A DNA stretch of 32,241 nucleotides. Source: a virus (Duplodnaviria; Caudoviricetes). The DNA lies in the IMG/VR virus record IMGVR_UViG_3300032219_001435, positions 1-32,241 of that record. One strand, given 5' to 3'. The position numbers were made by a program, and so were the translations under genes. The notes under the pieces are model-generated. The model worked only from the letters and a program-made list of their open reading frames with translations. It was not told where the DNA came from and searched no databases. Positions 17,188-26,540 of the stretch are shown one piece after another (position 1 is the stretch's first letter; each line of letters begins with the position of its first letter).

Positions 17188-17798
17188 GCCAGCCACCCGG
17201 CGAACTTCTTCGTCTTCAGCTTGCGGTCATCGAGGCCGTGCGTGCCGCCGTTGATGCGCTTGGTCAGCGCGAGGATGGCGGCGTCGTTGATGCCTTGATC
17301 GCAGATCGACCAGAGCCTGTTCTTGTCGAAGAACCACAGGGCGCTCTCGAAGCAGAGTTCGCCCGCGACCAGATCGGGGTTCGTCACCACGTCCGGCCGC
17401 TTGATGTAGTCGGAGAACGCCTGATAGTTCGCCTTGCCCGTCAACTGGAGCGCGCCGCGACCACGATACTTCCAGCCGTCGCCGGACGCCTCGACGCCGT
17501 TGCCCATGCGGCCGCCGTAGACGCGGTTGGCAATCTTCTGCGGCTGGCGCTCGTAGGCCTTGGCCATGGCCTCGGTCGGGAAATACTTCCCGAAGATGCC
17601 GCGCAGGCCCTTCGCGCCGTAGCTCAGGTTCTCGCTGAACGCCTTGAAGCCGCCGGTTTCGTGCGCCGTCTGGGCGAAGAAATGCGCGGCGCGATTAGGC
17701 GACAGCTTGTAGTAGGCGGCAGCCGCCTTGAGCGTGCCGGGGCCGAATGCGCCATCGGCGGTGACGCCAATCTTCTGCTGGAGGTTTGCGAGGCTCAT
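17184..17798 (-). CDS. Endolysin, glycoside hydrolase family 19
   Basis: AHFFAQTAHETGGF, ENLSY, GDGWKYRGRGALQLTGKANY and TKRINGGTHGLDDR. A short N-terminal LQQKIGVTADGAFGPGT resembles a peptidoglycan-binding helix. Confidence 0.93.
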   Translation of the reverse strand: MSLANLQQKIGVTADGAFGPGTLKAAAAYYKLSPNRAAHFFAQTAHETGGFKAFSENLSYGAKGLRGIFGKYFPTEAMAKAYERQPQKIANRVYGGRMGNGVEASGDGWKYRGRGALQLTGKANYQAFSDYIKRPDVVTNPDLVAGELCFESALWFFDKNRLWSICDQGINDAAILALTKRINGGTHGLDDRKLKTKKFAGWLA

Positions 17799-17962
17799 CC
17801 GTCTTTCTTCTTGTTCCAGAGTTCGAAGAGCGTCTTGATCTTCTCCTCCGCCACGCCGAGGCGCACATCCATCTTGGCGAGGATGATCGTCAGGGAGATG
17901 AACGCCAGAACGACGGGCCAGAGCTGGCCGATCAGTTCGACGGTGGAGAGGTTGCCAGTCAC
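17795..17962 (-). CDS. Small single-TM protein (55 aa), holin/antiholin candidate; not in the ORF track
   Basis: GTG directly after the upstream TAA gives MTGNLSTVELIGQLWPVVLAFISLTIILAKMDVRLGVAEEKIKTLFELWNKKKDG. ATGA overlap with the endolysin start. Confidence 0.75.
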   Translation of the reverse strand: MTGNLSTVELIGQLWPVVLAFISLTIILAKMDVRLGVAEEKIKTLFELWNKKKDG

Positions 17963-18400
17963 TTACGCCCCCGGATTGCGCCAGTCAGGAAAGTCGCTCT
18001 CGTCAACCACGCCGTCGCCGTTGGCATCGTAGCGCAGGTCGTTGCGATACTTCTCCCACGGGGCCATGTCGTCGTCCTCGTCGGCCACGGGAGCGGCGGG
18101 CTCAGGTGCGGTGATTTCCGGCGCGGGCTCTTCTGGCTTCTTATCACGCGCGTTGGCGTTGAGGCTCAGGCCGCCCAGCAGGCCGACGAACGCGCCGATG
18201 ACCATGTTGAAGGCCGGCCCGACGATCTCGAAGACCTTGTCGCTGTCCACGATGTGGTTCGGCATGAACAGGCCAATGACCAGCGCGGCCACGACGACCA
18301 GCACAACGCAGGCCAGCGTGACAACGGCCATGCGGATCGTGAACTCGACCGTGTCCTCGATGCCGTCGCGGCTGCTCTCGAAACGATCCCAGAAGCTCAT
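17963..18400 (-). CDS. Two-TM membrane protein (holin candidate) with an acidic C-terminal DxNGDGxxD motif
   Basis: Start ATG at 18400 (MSFWDRF). Two hydrophobic helices, a Pro/Glu linker and YDANGDGVVDESDF. Located in the lysis cassette. Confidence 0.7.
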   Translation of the reverse strand: MSFWDRFESSRDGIEDTVEFTIRMAVVTLACVVLVVVAALVIGLFMPNHIVDSDKVFEIVGPAFNMVIGAFVGLLGGLSLNANARDKKPEEPAPEITAPEPAAPVADEDDDMAPWEKYRNDLRYDANGDGVVDESDFPDWRNPGA

Positions 18401-18401
18401 G

Positions 18402-18563
18402 TCAGGACACCTTGAACGCGATTGTGGACAGCAGAACAATGATGCCGCCCGCGCAGCCGATCATCACCGCCTCGAGGCGCTTGATCCGCATGATGGTCTC
18501 GCGCCAGCGCTCGGCGCACACGGCCTCGTGCGTGGTCAGCCGGAGGTTCACGTCTTCGCTCAC
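18402..18563 (-). CDS. Small coiled-coil plus C-terminal TM protein (53 aa), XhlA-like/holin-associated; not in the ORF track
   Basis: GTGA overlap with the upstream stop. Sequence MSEDVNLRLTTHEAVCAERWRETIMRIKRLEAVMIGCAGGIIVLLSTIAFKVS. Confidence 0.75.
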   Translation of the reverse strand: MSEDVNLRLTTHEAVCAERWRETIMRIKRLEAVMIGCAGGIIVLLSTIAFKVS

Positions 18564-18913
18564 TTCAGGTTCTCCAGCTTGTAGATGGTGGAGAGGTAGA
18601 TGCCCGTAACACCATCGATCAGGTTGCCGACTGCGCGGTTGCCGCCACTGATCTCATCGTGGTTCTTCTCGATCCACGCGGCGTCAGCCTTGAGGATCTT
18701 GAGGCTGTCGCCGGCGGTGTCGCCCGGCGCGGGGATGTTGCCGATCAGGCCATACTGGCCCTGATGCGCCTCAACCAGCGCGTCGAGCGCCTCGATGATC
18801 TCATCGTAGAACGTGCCCAGCGCCATGTGCTGGCTGAAGGACTTCGTCCGCCAGTGGTCGAAGTGCGCGAGGTTGCGGGCGTAGAACACCCGGCTGATGA
18901 GCTGCTCAATCAT
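18560..18913 (-). CDS. Ferritin/Dps-like four-helix protein (DUF5856-like)
   Basis: AHFDHWRTKSFSQHMALGTFYDEIIEALDALVEAHQG carries the HW...H...YD...D..VE pattern of Dps-like phage proteins. Ends in TIYKLENLK. Confidence 0.75.
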   Translation of the reverse strand: MIEQLISRVFYARNLAHFDHWRTKSFSQHMALGTFYDEIIEALDALVEAHQGQYGLIGNIPAPGDTAGDSLKILKADAAWIEKNHDEISGGNRAVGNLIDGVTGIYLSTIYKLENLK

Positions 18914-19061
18914 CGTCGTGGAGCTTAACCTCGGGCTGCGCCTCGGCCTGCGTCTTGATCTTCACGACGAGGGGCCACGCGCCAGAGGACGTGGGCAGGT
19001 TGCCCAGCGTCTGCAAGACGGCGTTGATCTCGTCAACGGTCAGCTTGAGGGTCAGTTCCAT
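18906..19061 (-). CDS. Small hypothetical protein (51 aa), tail-fibre associated
   Basis: ATG at 19061, just after the upstream stop, gives MELTLKLTVDEINAVLQTLGNLPTSSGAWPLVVKIKTQAEAQ. Confidence 0.7.
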   Translation of the reverse strand: MELTLKLTVDEINAVLQTLGNLPTSSGAWPLVVKIKTQAEAQPEVKLHDDD

Positions 19062-19062
19062 G

Positions 19063-19392
19063 TTACGCGCCCCACGGCAGCGGCGGGGCCACGACGGGCG
19101 GGTTGATCTGGTCGGCAATCTGCGTGGCGACGTTGGCTTCGTAGGCAGTGACCTGCTCGTCGCCCAGCGCGCTCTTGACCCAGCCGATCACCTGCGCCTC
19201 AGTCAAGTCGGCGTAGGGCGTGAACGGAGCGTCCGGGTCAACCGTCACGCCGACAGAGCCGTAGACGCCTGCGGTGTAGGTGCCGTCCGTGCCGGTCAGC
19301 GTCCAGTGAACGGTGAAGACCACATCGGTCTCGCCGTCGAGTTCGGGGTAGGCGTCCATCTGCTTGACGGCCCAAGTGTTGGTAACGGTCAT
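19063..19392 (-). CDS. Putative tail fibre assembly/accessory protein (109 aa)
   Basis: Strong RBS GAAGGAG. TWAVKQMDAYP...VVFTVHW...FTPYADLTEAQVIGWV...PLPW is a pattern commonly seen after S74-type fibres. Confidence 0.7.
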   Translation of the reverse strand: MTVTNTWAVKQMDAYPELDGETDVVFTVHWTLTGTDGTYTAGVYGSVGVTVDPDAPFTPYADLTEAQVIGWVKSALGDEQVTAYEANVATQIADQINPPVVAPPLPWGA

Positions 19393-19395
19393 GGC

Positions 19396-22314
19396 TTACT
19401 CTCCTTCAAACTTAATGGTTGGGGTTGTGGCTTCAAGTTGTGCCACGCGGGCGGTGAGGGCGTTGATGGTGTTATGCTGCTCCTGCACCAGAGCCACAAT
19501 GTCCGCAAAGAAGTCGTTGTTGAGGCCAACAGCTTTAATCTTGCCGCCTTCATCCAAGAACGCCTTTTCCGCATCGCATACCGTGTCGCTTTCGCTGACG
19601 CTGTGTGGGTAGATTTCCGCAAAGTCCTGCGCGATGAAACCGCGATCCGATACACGGCCAGCGTGGGCCTCCGGTGCGCGATAGTCAAAGTTGCACGGCT
19701 TCAAGGCCATAATGCGGCTGGCAGCGTCTGAAATTGGCAGAATATTGGTTTTCACGCGGGCATCAGATGTCGCCGACCAAGTGCCGCCGCCAGACTTAAA
19801 CGCCGCGCCTGCGCTGTCAAAAAAGAACCCTAAAGCGCCGTTCAAAGAGTAATTTACACCACTCTGGAGGGCCCAGACGTTGTCGGTACGAACACCCCAC
19901 GACCACCACAAATCAGAGCTACCGGCGTCCTTCGCGGCCATGATGTTGAAAGCGTTTTTGCTGGTTGCGCTTGGTGATATCTGCGTCAGGCGGTCGTAGC
20001 CACCGTAAGCCTGCTGGATATGCAAGGACGCGTCGGTCCCCGTGCCGCCAATAGCAACGGAGCCGTTAGAACCGATGCGCATACGTTCTGTGGCGGAGGT
20101 CAGCAGCTTGATGGGGCCGTAGCCGCCACTGGTAAACCCGGCGATAAGCGAAATGCCATTGGCACCGGAAGATGCATCCGCAGTAAGCTCTGCGACCGCA
20201 CCGGCTGCTCCGCCCGGACGAGAGTAGATGGTGCCGATCACATCCAGCTTTACGGAAGGACTGGTCGTTCCGATCCCGACGTTACCGTCGCTGGCGATGC
20301 GCATACGTTCGGCACCAGCCGTTACATCTTGGAACCGGAGCGGGCCGCCGTCGCCAGAAATGATTGCGTATGTTCGTCCTGTGGTGGCTGTCTGATTTTC
20401 AAAGCTTATCTCTGGGGAAGTAGAACCGGAGCCTGTGCCGGCAACGGCCAACCGCCCTGCTGGCGAACTCGCTCCGATCCCCACGTTGCCCGCGCTGGTG
20501 ATACGCATACGTTCGGTGCGGCTAGTTGCTCCTATCGCCGTAGTGGCAAAAGCAACATAGGTGCCGTTATTCGTCCCAGTAAAGTTCTCAGCGGCGTAAA
20601 CGCCAATCGCACCAACGTTGCCGCTAAATGCGCTTGCCGACGTATACCCACGCGCAAGGAGAACCGACAACTGATCGTCAGCCAAAGCACCCGTGGGGGC
20701 GGAACTGGTGCCGCGCGCTTTCCTGCCAACGAAGTTGCCGCCGCCCAAGTTGTCGGCGTAAGTGGTTGAGAAGATATTCGCGCCGGTATTACTGACAAGT
20801 TCAAGCCCAGAAGCGGGGCTGGTCGTCCCGATCCCGACGTTGCCGCTGCTGTCGATGCGCATACGTTCGACTTCGCTTCCCGTGCTATTGGGCCGCGTCC
20901 AAAACTGGATGTTACCGGGGTACGCAGAGCCTGTTGTCCAAGTTCCATCTTTGCCGAAAGCAATCGCGGCTGCGTGGCGTCCAGTTCCACCGGGGTCAGT
21001 AAGACTGGCAATAACACCGGTTGTTCCAGATGTCGTTACATCCGTGTTAATGATCCCAAGGCCGGCCAACCCACCATTAGCTGGGGTTGCCGTACCGCCG
21101 TTGTTAAGCGTTAGGATCTGCGACGTTGACGGCGCGCTCGTCCCGATCCCGACAAAGCCCGCGTCGGTGATGCGCATACGTTCAGTGCTGTTTGTCGAAA
21201 TTGTAAACGCCCGTGCGCCTTCAGAGGTGAGATACGTGACGGACGCGTCCGCGAACAGCTTTGAACGGGCAGTCGCGCCAGAAGAAAGCTGTATAAACCC
21301 AGTAGCTACGTCGAGCGCAGTTGCGGGAGATGTCGTCCCGATCCCGACGTTGCCGCTGCTGTCGATGCGCATGGCTTCGACGCCGCCTTCGCTGAAGGCA
21401 ATCGTATCTGCACCGGGCGACCACATGCCGGTGTTGGTGTCACCCGTGAAGGTGTAGGACGGAGTGCCAACTGCGCCAAGGCCATTGGCGATGCTGGTGG
21501 CCGAAGCCGCGCCGAGAGTGGGCGTGACAAGGGTCGGGCTGTTCGACAGCACCACAGAGGTAGTGCCGGTTGAGGTGGTGACGCCCGTCCCGCCATTGGC
21601 GACAGCGAGGGTGCCAGCAAGGGTGATTGCGCCAGTCGTGGCCGTGGACGGCGTAAAACCCGTAGTGCCCGCGCTGAACGAAGTAACGCCGATACCTGAA
21701 AGCGTGGCCCACGAAGGGTCTGCGCCCGTGTTACCAACCAGAACCTGACCGGTGGTGCCCACGGCAGTCACGCCCACGGCAGACGTGCCGTTACCCAGCA
21801 AGATACCATTTGCGGTGAACGTGGACGCACCAGTGCCGCCGTTGGCGACCGCCAGTGTGCCACTGACGTGCGTCGTCAGGCCGATCTTGCCGTATAGCGG
21901 CGCAACGCCCACACCGCCTGAAATCAGCGCATTGCCCGTGGCAACGTCAGCCAGCTTGGACAGGGCCGTGGTCGTCGAGGCGAACAAAATATCGCCAACG
22001 GCGTAAGAAGACTGCCCGGTGCCGCCGTTGACGGCAACAAGCGTGCCGCTCAGCGTCAGCGTCCCTGCTCCGGTAATCGGCGAGCCGCTGAACGTCATGC
22101 CCGTCGTGCCACCCGAAGCGGCTACGGAGGTGACGGTGCCGACGTATGTCGAGTCCGCCAGCACCTTGACGACGCCACTGGCGTTTTCAAAGTACAGCTT
22201 CTCGTCGGTGAGATTGATCGCCAGTTCACCGGCCACAAGGTTGCCCGCCGTAGGCACCGCAGCCGCAGTGGCCGAACGGTACAACTGGATGGGAGTGAAG
22301 CCGCTTTGGGCCAT
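19396..22314 (-). CDS. Tail fibre with C-terminal intramolecular chaperone (peptidase S74) domain
   Basis: N-terminal IQLYRS...GELAINLTDEKLYF domain, GTLAVANGGTG repeats and six (E)RMRI-x4-GNVGIG-type repeats. Autocleavage site WSATS|DARVKTNI, then RGFIAQD and a terminal coiled coil. Confidence 0.92.
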   Translation of the reverse strand: MAQSGFTPIQLYRSATAAAVPTAGNLVAGELAINLTDEKLYFENASGVVKVLADSTYVGTVTSVAASGGTTGMTFSGSPITGAGTLTLSGTLVAVNGGTGQSSYAVGDILFASTTTALSKLADVATGNALISGGVGVAPLYGKIGLTTHVSGTLAVANGGTGASTFTANGILLGNGTSAVGVTAVGTTGQVLVGNTGADPSWATLSGIGVTSFSAGTTGFTPSTATTGAITLAGTLAVANGGTGVTTSTGTTSVVLSNSPTLVTPTLGAASATSIANGLGAVGTPSYTFTGDTNTGMWSPGADTIAFSEGGVEAMRIDSSGNVGIGTTSPATALDVATGFIQLSSGATARSKLFADASVTYLTSEGARAFTISTNSTERMRITDAGFVGIGTSAPSTSQILTLNNGGTATPANGGLAGLGIINTDVTTSGTTGVIASLTDPGGTGRHAAAIAFGKDGTWTTGSAYPGNIQFWTRPNSTGSEVERMRIDSSGNVGIGTTSPASGLELVSNTGANIFSTTYADNLGGGNFVGRKARGTSSAPTGALADDQLSVLLARGYTSASAFSGNVGAIGVYAAENFTGTNNGTYVAFATTAIGATSRTERMRITSAGNVGIGASSPAGRLAVAGTGSGSTSPEISFENQTATTGRTYAIISGDGGPLRFQDVTAGAERMRIASDGNVGIGTTSPSVKLDVIGTIYSRPGGAAGAVAELTADASSGANGISLIAGFTSGGYGPIKLLTSATERMRIGSNGSVAIGGTGTDASLHIQQAYGGYDRLTQISPSATSKNAFNIMAAKDAGSSDLWWSWGVRTDNVWALQSGVNYSLNGALGFFFDSAGAAFKSGGGTWSATSDARVKTNILPISDAASRIMALKPCNFDYRAPEAHAGRVSDRGFIAQDFAEIYPHSVSESDTVCDAEKAFLDEGGKIKAVGLNNDFFADIVALVQEQHNTINALTARVAQLEATTPTIKFEGE
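20074..21372. repeat. Six dispersed intragenic repeats (ERMRI...GNVGIGT junctions)
   Basis: GAT(G/A)CGCATACGTTC on the + strand at 20074, 20296, 20500, 20854 and 21169, plus a partial copy at 21364. There is an exact 41-bp match between 20822-20862 and 21332-21372. Confidence 0.9.
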
Positions 22315-25238
22315 TAGAATGTTCCTCCGTCAATTCCGCCGAATGTAGGAGCTGACGCCCCGTTTGATACCAGAACTTGGCCCGCAGTGCCAGCACCTGT
22401 GAAGGCATACGCCGTGCCTGTGCCGTAGGCAACGGCCCCCGCAGTCGGCGCGGCCGTTGCGTTCGTGCCGCCATTGGCCACCGGCAGCGTACCAGAGACC
22501 TGCGTCGTGAGCGAGACACCGCTTAACGTGCCGCCGAGCGTCAGTGACCCGCTGCTGGTCACGGTGCCGGTCAGCGTTATGCCGTTCACCGTACCCGTGC
22601 CGCTCACCGAGGTGACGGTGCCGACAAACTGATCCGTGGCGTTGATGGTAATCGCACCGGCACCGTTGGTGATGCTGATATTCGTGCCAGCGGTCAGCGT
22701 GGCCTTGGTCAACGTGTTGCCAGTCGTGTTGCCGATCAAGAGCTGGCCGTTAGTGTAACTGCTCTGCCCGGTGCCGCCATTGGCCACGGCCAGCACGCCA
22801 GACGTGATCTGCGACGCATCGATGGCGATGGAAGATGAGGAGGCCGACGTGATTTGGCCCTGCGCGTTGACGGCAATCACCGGCACGGACGACGCGCTGC
22901 CGTAGGTGTTGGCCGTGACGCCCGTATTCGTGATGCTGAAGACCGTGCCGGCCAGCGTCAGGCCGGTGCCGGCCGAGTACAGAACCGGCGCGGCGAACTG
23001 CGTGAAGACGATCGCCGTCGTGCCAACGGTGATGGGCAGCGGTGTCTGCTGCACCCACGACGTGTTGGACTGCGTCGATCCCGCCGTGACGAGGAAGAAG
23101 TCGCCCGCGTCGATCTGGTCAACGCCAGTGCCTGCGCTGTCGAAGTCCGTCGCGCGGGTCAGGATGTACGGCGTGGAGCCGTTGCCGACCTGCGTGACCG
23201 TGTAGACGCCGTTGTTGGCCCCCGCCGCCTCGTTCTTGACAAGGATGCGGTTGCCCGCGACCACCGCCACGCCGTCAACCGAAAGCGCGCCGTTGGCGTT
23301 CGCCGTGAGCGTTGCGCCGACGCCACTCGCGCCGTTGTTGTAGGTGTTTGCCGGGAGAGCCGCAGCCGTCGCCAATCGCACGGACTGGTGGAAGTTGATG
23401 CCCGACGCGATGCTGTCGGCGTAGAGCTTGTTGACGATGTCCGTGCCGCTCGTCGGCGCTGCGCTGATCGTGCCCGTGGTGAGCGCGATGGATGTGATGT
23501 CGGTGTTGGCACCGGAGGCCGCCGCGCCGAGGTTTGTGCGCGCCGTGCCCATCACAGTCGCGCCTGTGCCGCCGTTGGCCACGGCCAACGTGCCGCCAAG
23601 CGTCAACGTCCCGGCCGTTGTAATCGGGCCGCCAGTCAGCGTCAGCCCAGTCGTGCCGCCACTGCCCGCGACGGACGTGACCGTGCCGACGAAGGCGTCG
23701 TTCGACGTAATCGTGAAATTCGGATACGTGCCCGTCACCGCAGTCGTGCCAGCGCCGGTCAAGGAGACCACCTGATCGGGCGCGGAGTTCGTCAGGGAGC
23801 CCGCTGAGAGCAAAAGCCCGGTGCCGACAGTGATTTCCTCCGCCGCGCCGCTGCTTGCCGTTGTGCGGCCCAGCAGACGGGCAGTGGTCATGGTCAGGCC
23901 GCTAGTCGTGTACGCGCCCGGCGCAACGTAGTCGGTGCCTGCAGACGCCGCAGAGAGCGCCGTGCCGTTGCCCTTGACTAGGCCGGTCACGGTCGTCGTC
24001 AGCGTGATAGCCGGAGTGGTGGTGCTGTTGGCGACAGACCCCGACAAGCCGTTGGCCGTCACCACCGAGACACTGGTCACGGTGCCCACCGTGCTGTCGT
24101 TCGACGTGATGGTGAAGTTGGGGTAGGTGCCCGTAACAACGGTCGTGCCCGCGCCAGTCAGACTGACGATCTGATCTGGGGCGGTATTCACGACCGTGAT
24201 GCTGCCAGACGTGGTGATGGGGCCGCCCGAGACACTGATGCCCGTGCCCGCCGTGAGATTGACGCTGGTCACCGTGCCGGTGCCAGTCAGTGCAAGCCAC
24301 TCAATGTCGGTCGCACCGGCGTTGAGTGCCAGCACCTTGTTCGCATTGCCTGTGTAGTTTGGCAGTAGATTGACGCGCGCCGCCGGGACAGTTGTCGCGT
24401 TCGTGCCGCCACTGGCGATGGCCAGCGTGCCAGACAGGGCGTAGGCGCTGCCCGCGAGGCCGAAAGACAGCCCCGTCGTGCCGCCCGTCAGGCTGCGGAA
24501 TATCGGAGCCGCAGTGCCCTGCGAGAAGAACACCTGCTCAGCCGTGCCGGTGTTCGACAAGTCAAGGTTTGAGCCGTCGCTGTAGAGGATGGCACCGGCA
24601 ACAGGGCTTAGGCTGCTGCCGGTGCCGCCACGAGACATGGGGAGCACGCCAGAGGTCTCGGTGGCATCTGATAGGTCTACCGCCGGGTGGACGTGATCCT
24701 CGCGGGCGGCGACCGTGGCTGTGCCGGCGCTCGGCACACCGCCGGACTGCGGTGTCGCAGTGGAAAGGGTCAGCGATATGGTGCGATCGGCCGCCAGCGT
24801 GCCGCCGCCCGTCAGGCCCGCGCCCGCCGAGATGCTGCGCGAGGTGGGGACGTAGCCGCCAAGGTTGATCGGCGTGGTGCTGGCGACAGTGACGCGCCCC
24901 TTGGCGTCAACCGTTAGAACCGGGATATTCGCAGGATCGCCGTAGGCACCCGCGACGACACCGCTGTCAGCAAGCTGGCTGAAGCCAACACCCCCAGCAG
25001 CAATAGATATGACGCGGTTAGCAGACAGATCGCCGCCACCAGTGAGGCCGCTTCCGCCAGTGATCGTCCGGCTCGACGGTACCGCTCCCACAGCCGCGAT
25101 GTTGCTGAACTGAACCTTGTAGGTGACGCCGTCGATGACATAGGGCAAAAATCCTGCCGTGCTCAGCCCCTGATACTCAGGAAGCTGCGTGATCCTCGTC
25201 GGGACGAGGTTGCTCGGTACGGTCGTCTGGACGGTCAT
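22314..25238 (-). CDS. Long Gly/Thr-rich tail fibre/fibre shaft protein
   Basis: 974 aa with repeated GTVTSV, GTLAVANGGTG, AGTGLT and DAKGRVT/NAQGQIT motifs. It also has a RILVKNE...NNGVY...LTRATDFD domain typical of phage fibre/decoration proteins. Ends in IDGGTF. Confidence 0.88.
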   Translation of the reverse strand: MTVQTTVPSNLVPTRITQLPEYQGLSTAGFLPYVIDGVTYKVQFSNIAAVGAVPSSRTITGGSGLTGGGDLSANRVISIAAGGVGFSQLADSGVVAGAYGDPANIPVLTVDAKGRVTVASTTPINLGGYVPTSRSISAGAGLTGGGTLAADRTISLTLSTATPQSGGVPSAGTATVAAREDHVHPAVDLSDATETSGVLPMSRGGTGSSLSPVAGAILYSDGSNLDLSNTGTAEQVFFSQGTAAPIFRSLTGGTTGLSFGLAGSAYALSGTLAIASGGTNATTVPAARVNLLPNYTGNANKVLALNAGATDIEWLALTGTGTVTSVNLTAGTGISVSGGPITTSGSITVVNTAPDQIVSLTGAGTTVVTGTYPNFTITSNDSTVGTVTSVSVVTANGLSGSVANSTTTPAITLTTTVTGLVKGNGTALSAASAGTDYVAPGAYTTSGLTMTTARLLGRTTASSGAAEEITVGTGLLLSAGSLTNSAPDQVVSLTGAGTTAVTGTYPNFTITSNDAFVGTVTSVAGSGGTTGLTLTGGPITTAGTLTLGGTLAVANGGTGATVMGTARTNLGAAASGANTDITSIALTTGTISAAPTSGTDIVNKLYADSIASGINFHQSVRLATAAALPANTYNNGASGVGATLTANANGALSVDGVAVVAGNRILVKNEAAGANNGVYTVTQVGNGSTPYILTRATDFDSAGTGVDQIDAGDFFLVTAGSTQSNTSWVQQTPLPITVGTTAIVFTQFAAPVLYSAGTGLTLAGTVFSITNTGVTANTYGSASSVPVIAVNAQGQITSASSSSIAIDASQITSGVLAVANGGTGQSSYTNGQLLIGNTTGNTLTKATLTAGTNISITNGAGAITINATDQFVGTVTSVSGTGTVNGITLTGTVTSSGSLTLGGTLSGVSLTTQVSGTLPVANGGTNATAAPTAGAVAYGTGTAYAFTGAGTAGQVLVSNGASAPTFGGIDGGTF

Positions 25239-25546
25239 TGCGGCTCCGTATCGAGATAACCGTCGCCGTCCTCGCTGATAAGGAACCCATTGTCGTTTTC
25301 CAACGGCAGACCCGCCGGGTTGGAATACAGCGGCGTGTCAGGGCGCGCGTAGCGCAAGGCGATCACCTCGGGTTGACGCGCGGGCAGGCGATACGGATCA
25401 TACTGATCGATGTCGTCTTTGCAGACACGCAATCCGGGGTAGTTGGGGTCGCTATACAGATCGTCTAGGCTGAACTTGCGGCTGCAGCGGCCGCAAATGC
25501 CGATGCCCAGCGTGGAGCGCCCGCGAGTGTCGAGATAAATCGGCAC
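25235..25546 (-). CDS. Small Cys-containing structural protein (103 aa)
   Basis: GTG start behind GAGGT. GICGRCSRKF...GLRVCKDDIDQYDP...RPD, with acidic tail LENDNGFLISEDGDGYLDTE. ATGA coupling to the fibre gene. Confidence 0.78.
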   Translation of the reverse strand: MPIYLDTRGRSTLGIGICGRCSRKFSLDDLYSDPNYPGLRVCKDDIDQYDPYRLPARQPEVIALRYARPDTPLYSNPAGLPLENDNGFLISEDGDGYLDTEPQ

Positions 25547-25550
25547 GCGC

Positions 25551-26537
25551 TTACCTCGTGTACTGACTGATGTTCGGAGCCATCATCATCGGGCTGTTGT
25601 CGCGTTCCTCGGCCTGAGCGGTGTACAGCGCAGTGTTGGCCTTCTGGTCGAGCAGAGGGATCATGCTCGGATCGACTTCCGCGATCTCCAGCGCGAGCTT
25701 CGCCGCCAGCATGGAGACGATTGCCTCGTACCAACGCTGCGGCACCTCAAGCTCTTGGGTCATCGTGCCCACGTCCATGATGTAACGCTGCACCCAAATG
25801 ACGAGTTGTGACGTAGTCGCGCCGCTGTTGGGCACGGGCCACAGGTGCATGATCGGATTGGGGATTTGCCGGTCATACCAGAATTGAAGTGATCGATTGC
25901 TCTGGAAGCTCTTGTTCGGCAGGTTCGTGTAGTCGTCCCGGTTCATGCGCGCCAACGGGATCTCGGTGGGCGTGTTGCCGAGGAAGATTTGACTGAATAC
26001 GAGAGTGCCGCTGGTTGCCCGCACGCGGAAATACGGCGCGGCCACACTGCTTTCGAGATCGTACCAAGTCCACTCCCCAGCTACTGCGACAGGTGTCTCG
26101 GTCTGGATCGTCACCCACACGATGCCGTCATCCGAGCGCTCAAAGGCTACAGGCACCGAGGCCGCTCCCCAGCGGATGCCGACAGTGCTGACGAAGGTGA
26201 AGCCGTCGAATTGATACGTGCGCGTCGTGGACGTGGTCGTCTTGGTGCCGTCCACCTGCTGGAGCTGCCGGAAGTTGCTGTTCAGGATGTCCACGACCTT
26301 GGTGTCGAGGGTGACATCGCCGAAGCCGTCGTACAGCGGCAGAATTTGCTTCTCGATGCACCACAGCGGCGCGCCCATGTTGGCGAGATCCGACAGCAGC
26401 AGATAGAGCTGGTCGTTGGCAATATCGACATACTCAGCCGTGATCGTCTCCGCGCGCACTTTGCAGCGCCGGAAGGCGTTCTCCATGACCTTGCGTGTGT
26501 TGAACACGGTCTGCGATATTGTATTGCTGTATGCCAT
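25551..26537 (-). CDS. Head-tail adaptor / tail tubular protein A-like protein with an inserted beta-sandwich domain
   Basis: Helical N-terminus (VMENAFRRC...LYLLLSDLAN.G.PLW), RDDYTNLPNK, LWPVP and VPQRWYEAIVSMLA. The central FERSDDGIVW...YFRVR segment resembles a discoidin/F5-8-like domain. Confidence 0.65.
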   Translation of the reverse strand: MAYSNTISQTVFNTRKVMENAFRRCKVRAETITAEYVDIANDQLYLLLSDLANMGAPLWCIEKQILPLYDGFGDVTLDTKVVDILNSNFRQLQQVDGTKTTTSTTRTYQFDGFTFVSTVGIRWGAASVPVAFERSDDGIVWVTIQTETPVAVAGEWTWYDLESSVAAPYFRVRATSGTLVFSQIFLGNTPTEIPLARMNRDDYTNLPNKSFQSNRSLQFWYDRQIPNPIMHLWPVPNSGATTSQLVIWVQRYIMDVGTMTQELEVPQRWYEAIVSMLAAKLALEIAEVDPSMIPLLDQKANTALYTAQAEERDNSPMMMAPNISQYTR

Positions 26538-26540
26538 CAA

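Noticed and set aside
20074-21372. Diversity-generating retroelement or invertase shufflon acting on the tail fibre
   Set aside because: No reverse transcriptase or recombinase in the window, no template/variable repeat pair with adenine-specific mismatches, and the repeats are direct, not inverted.
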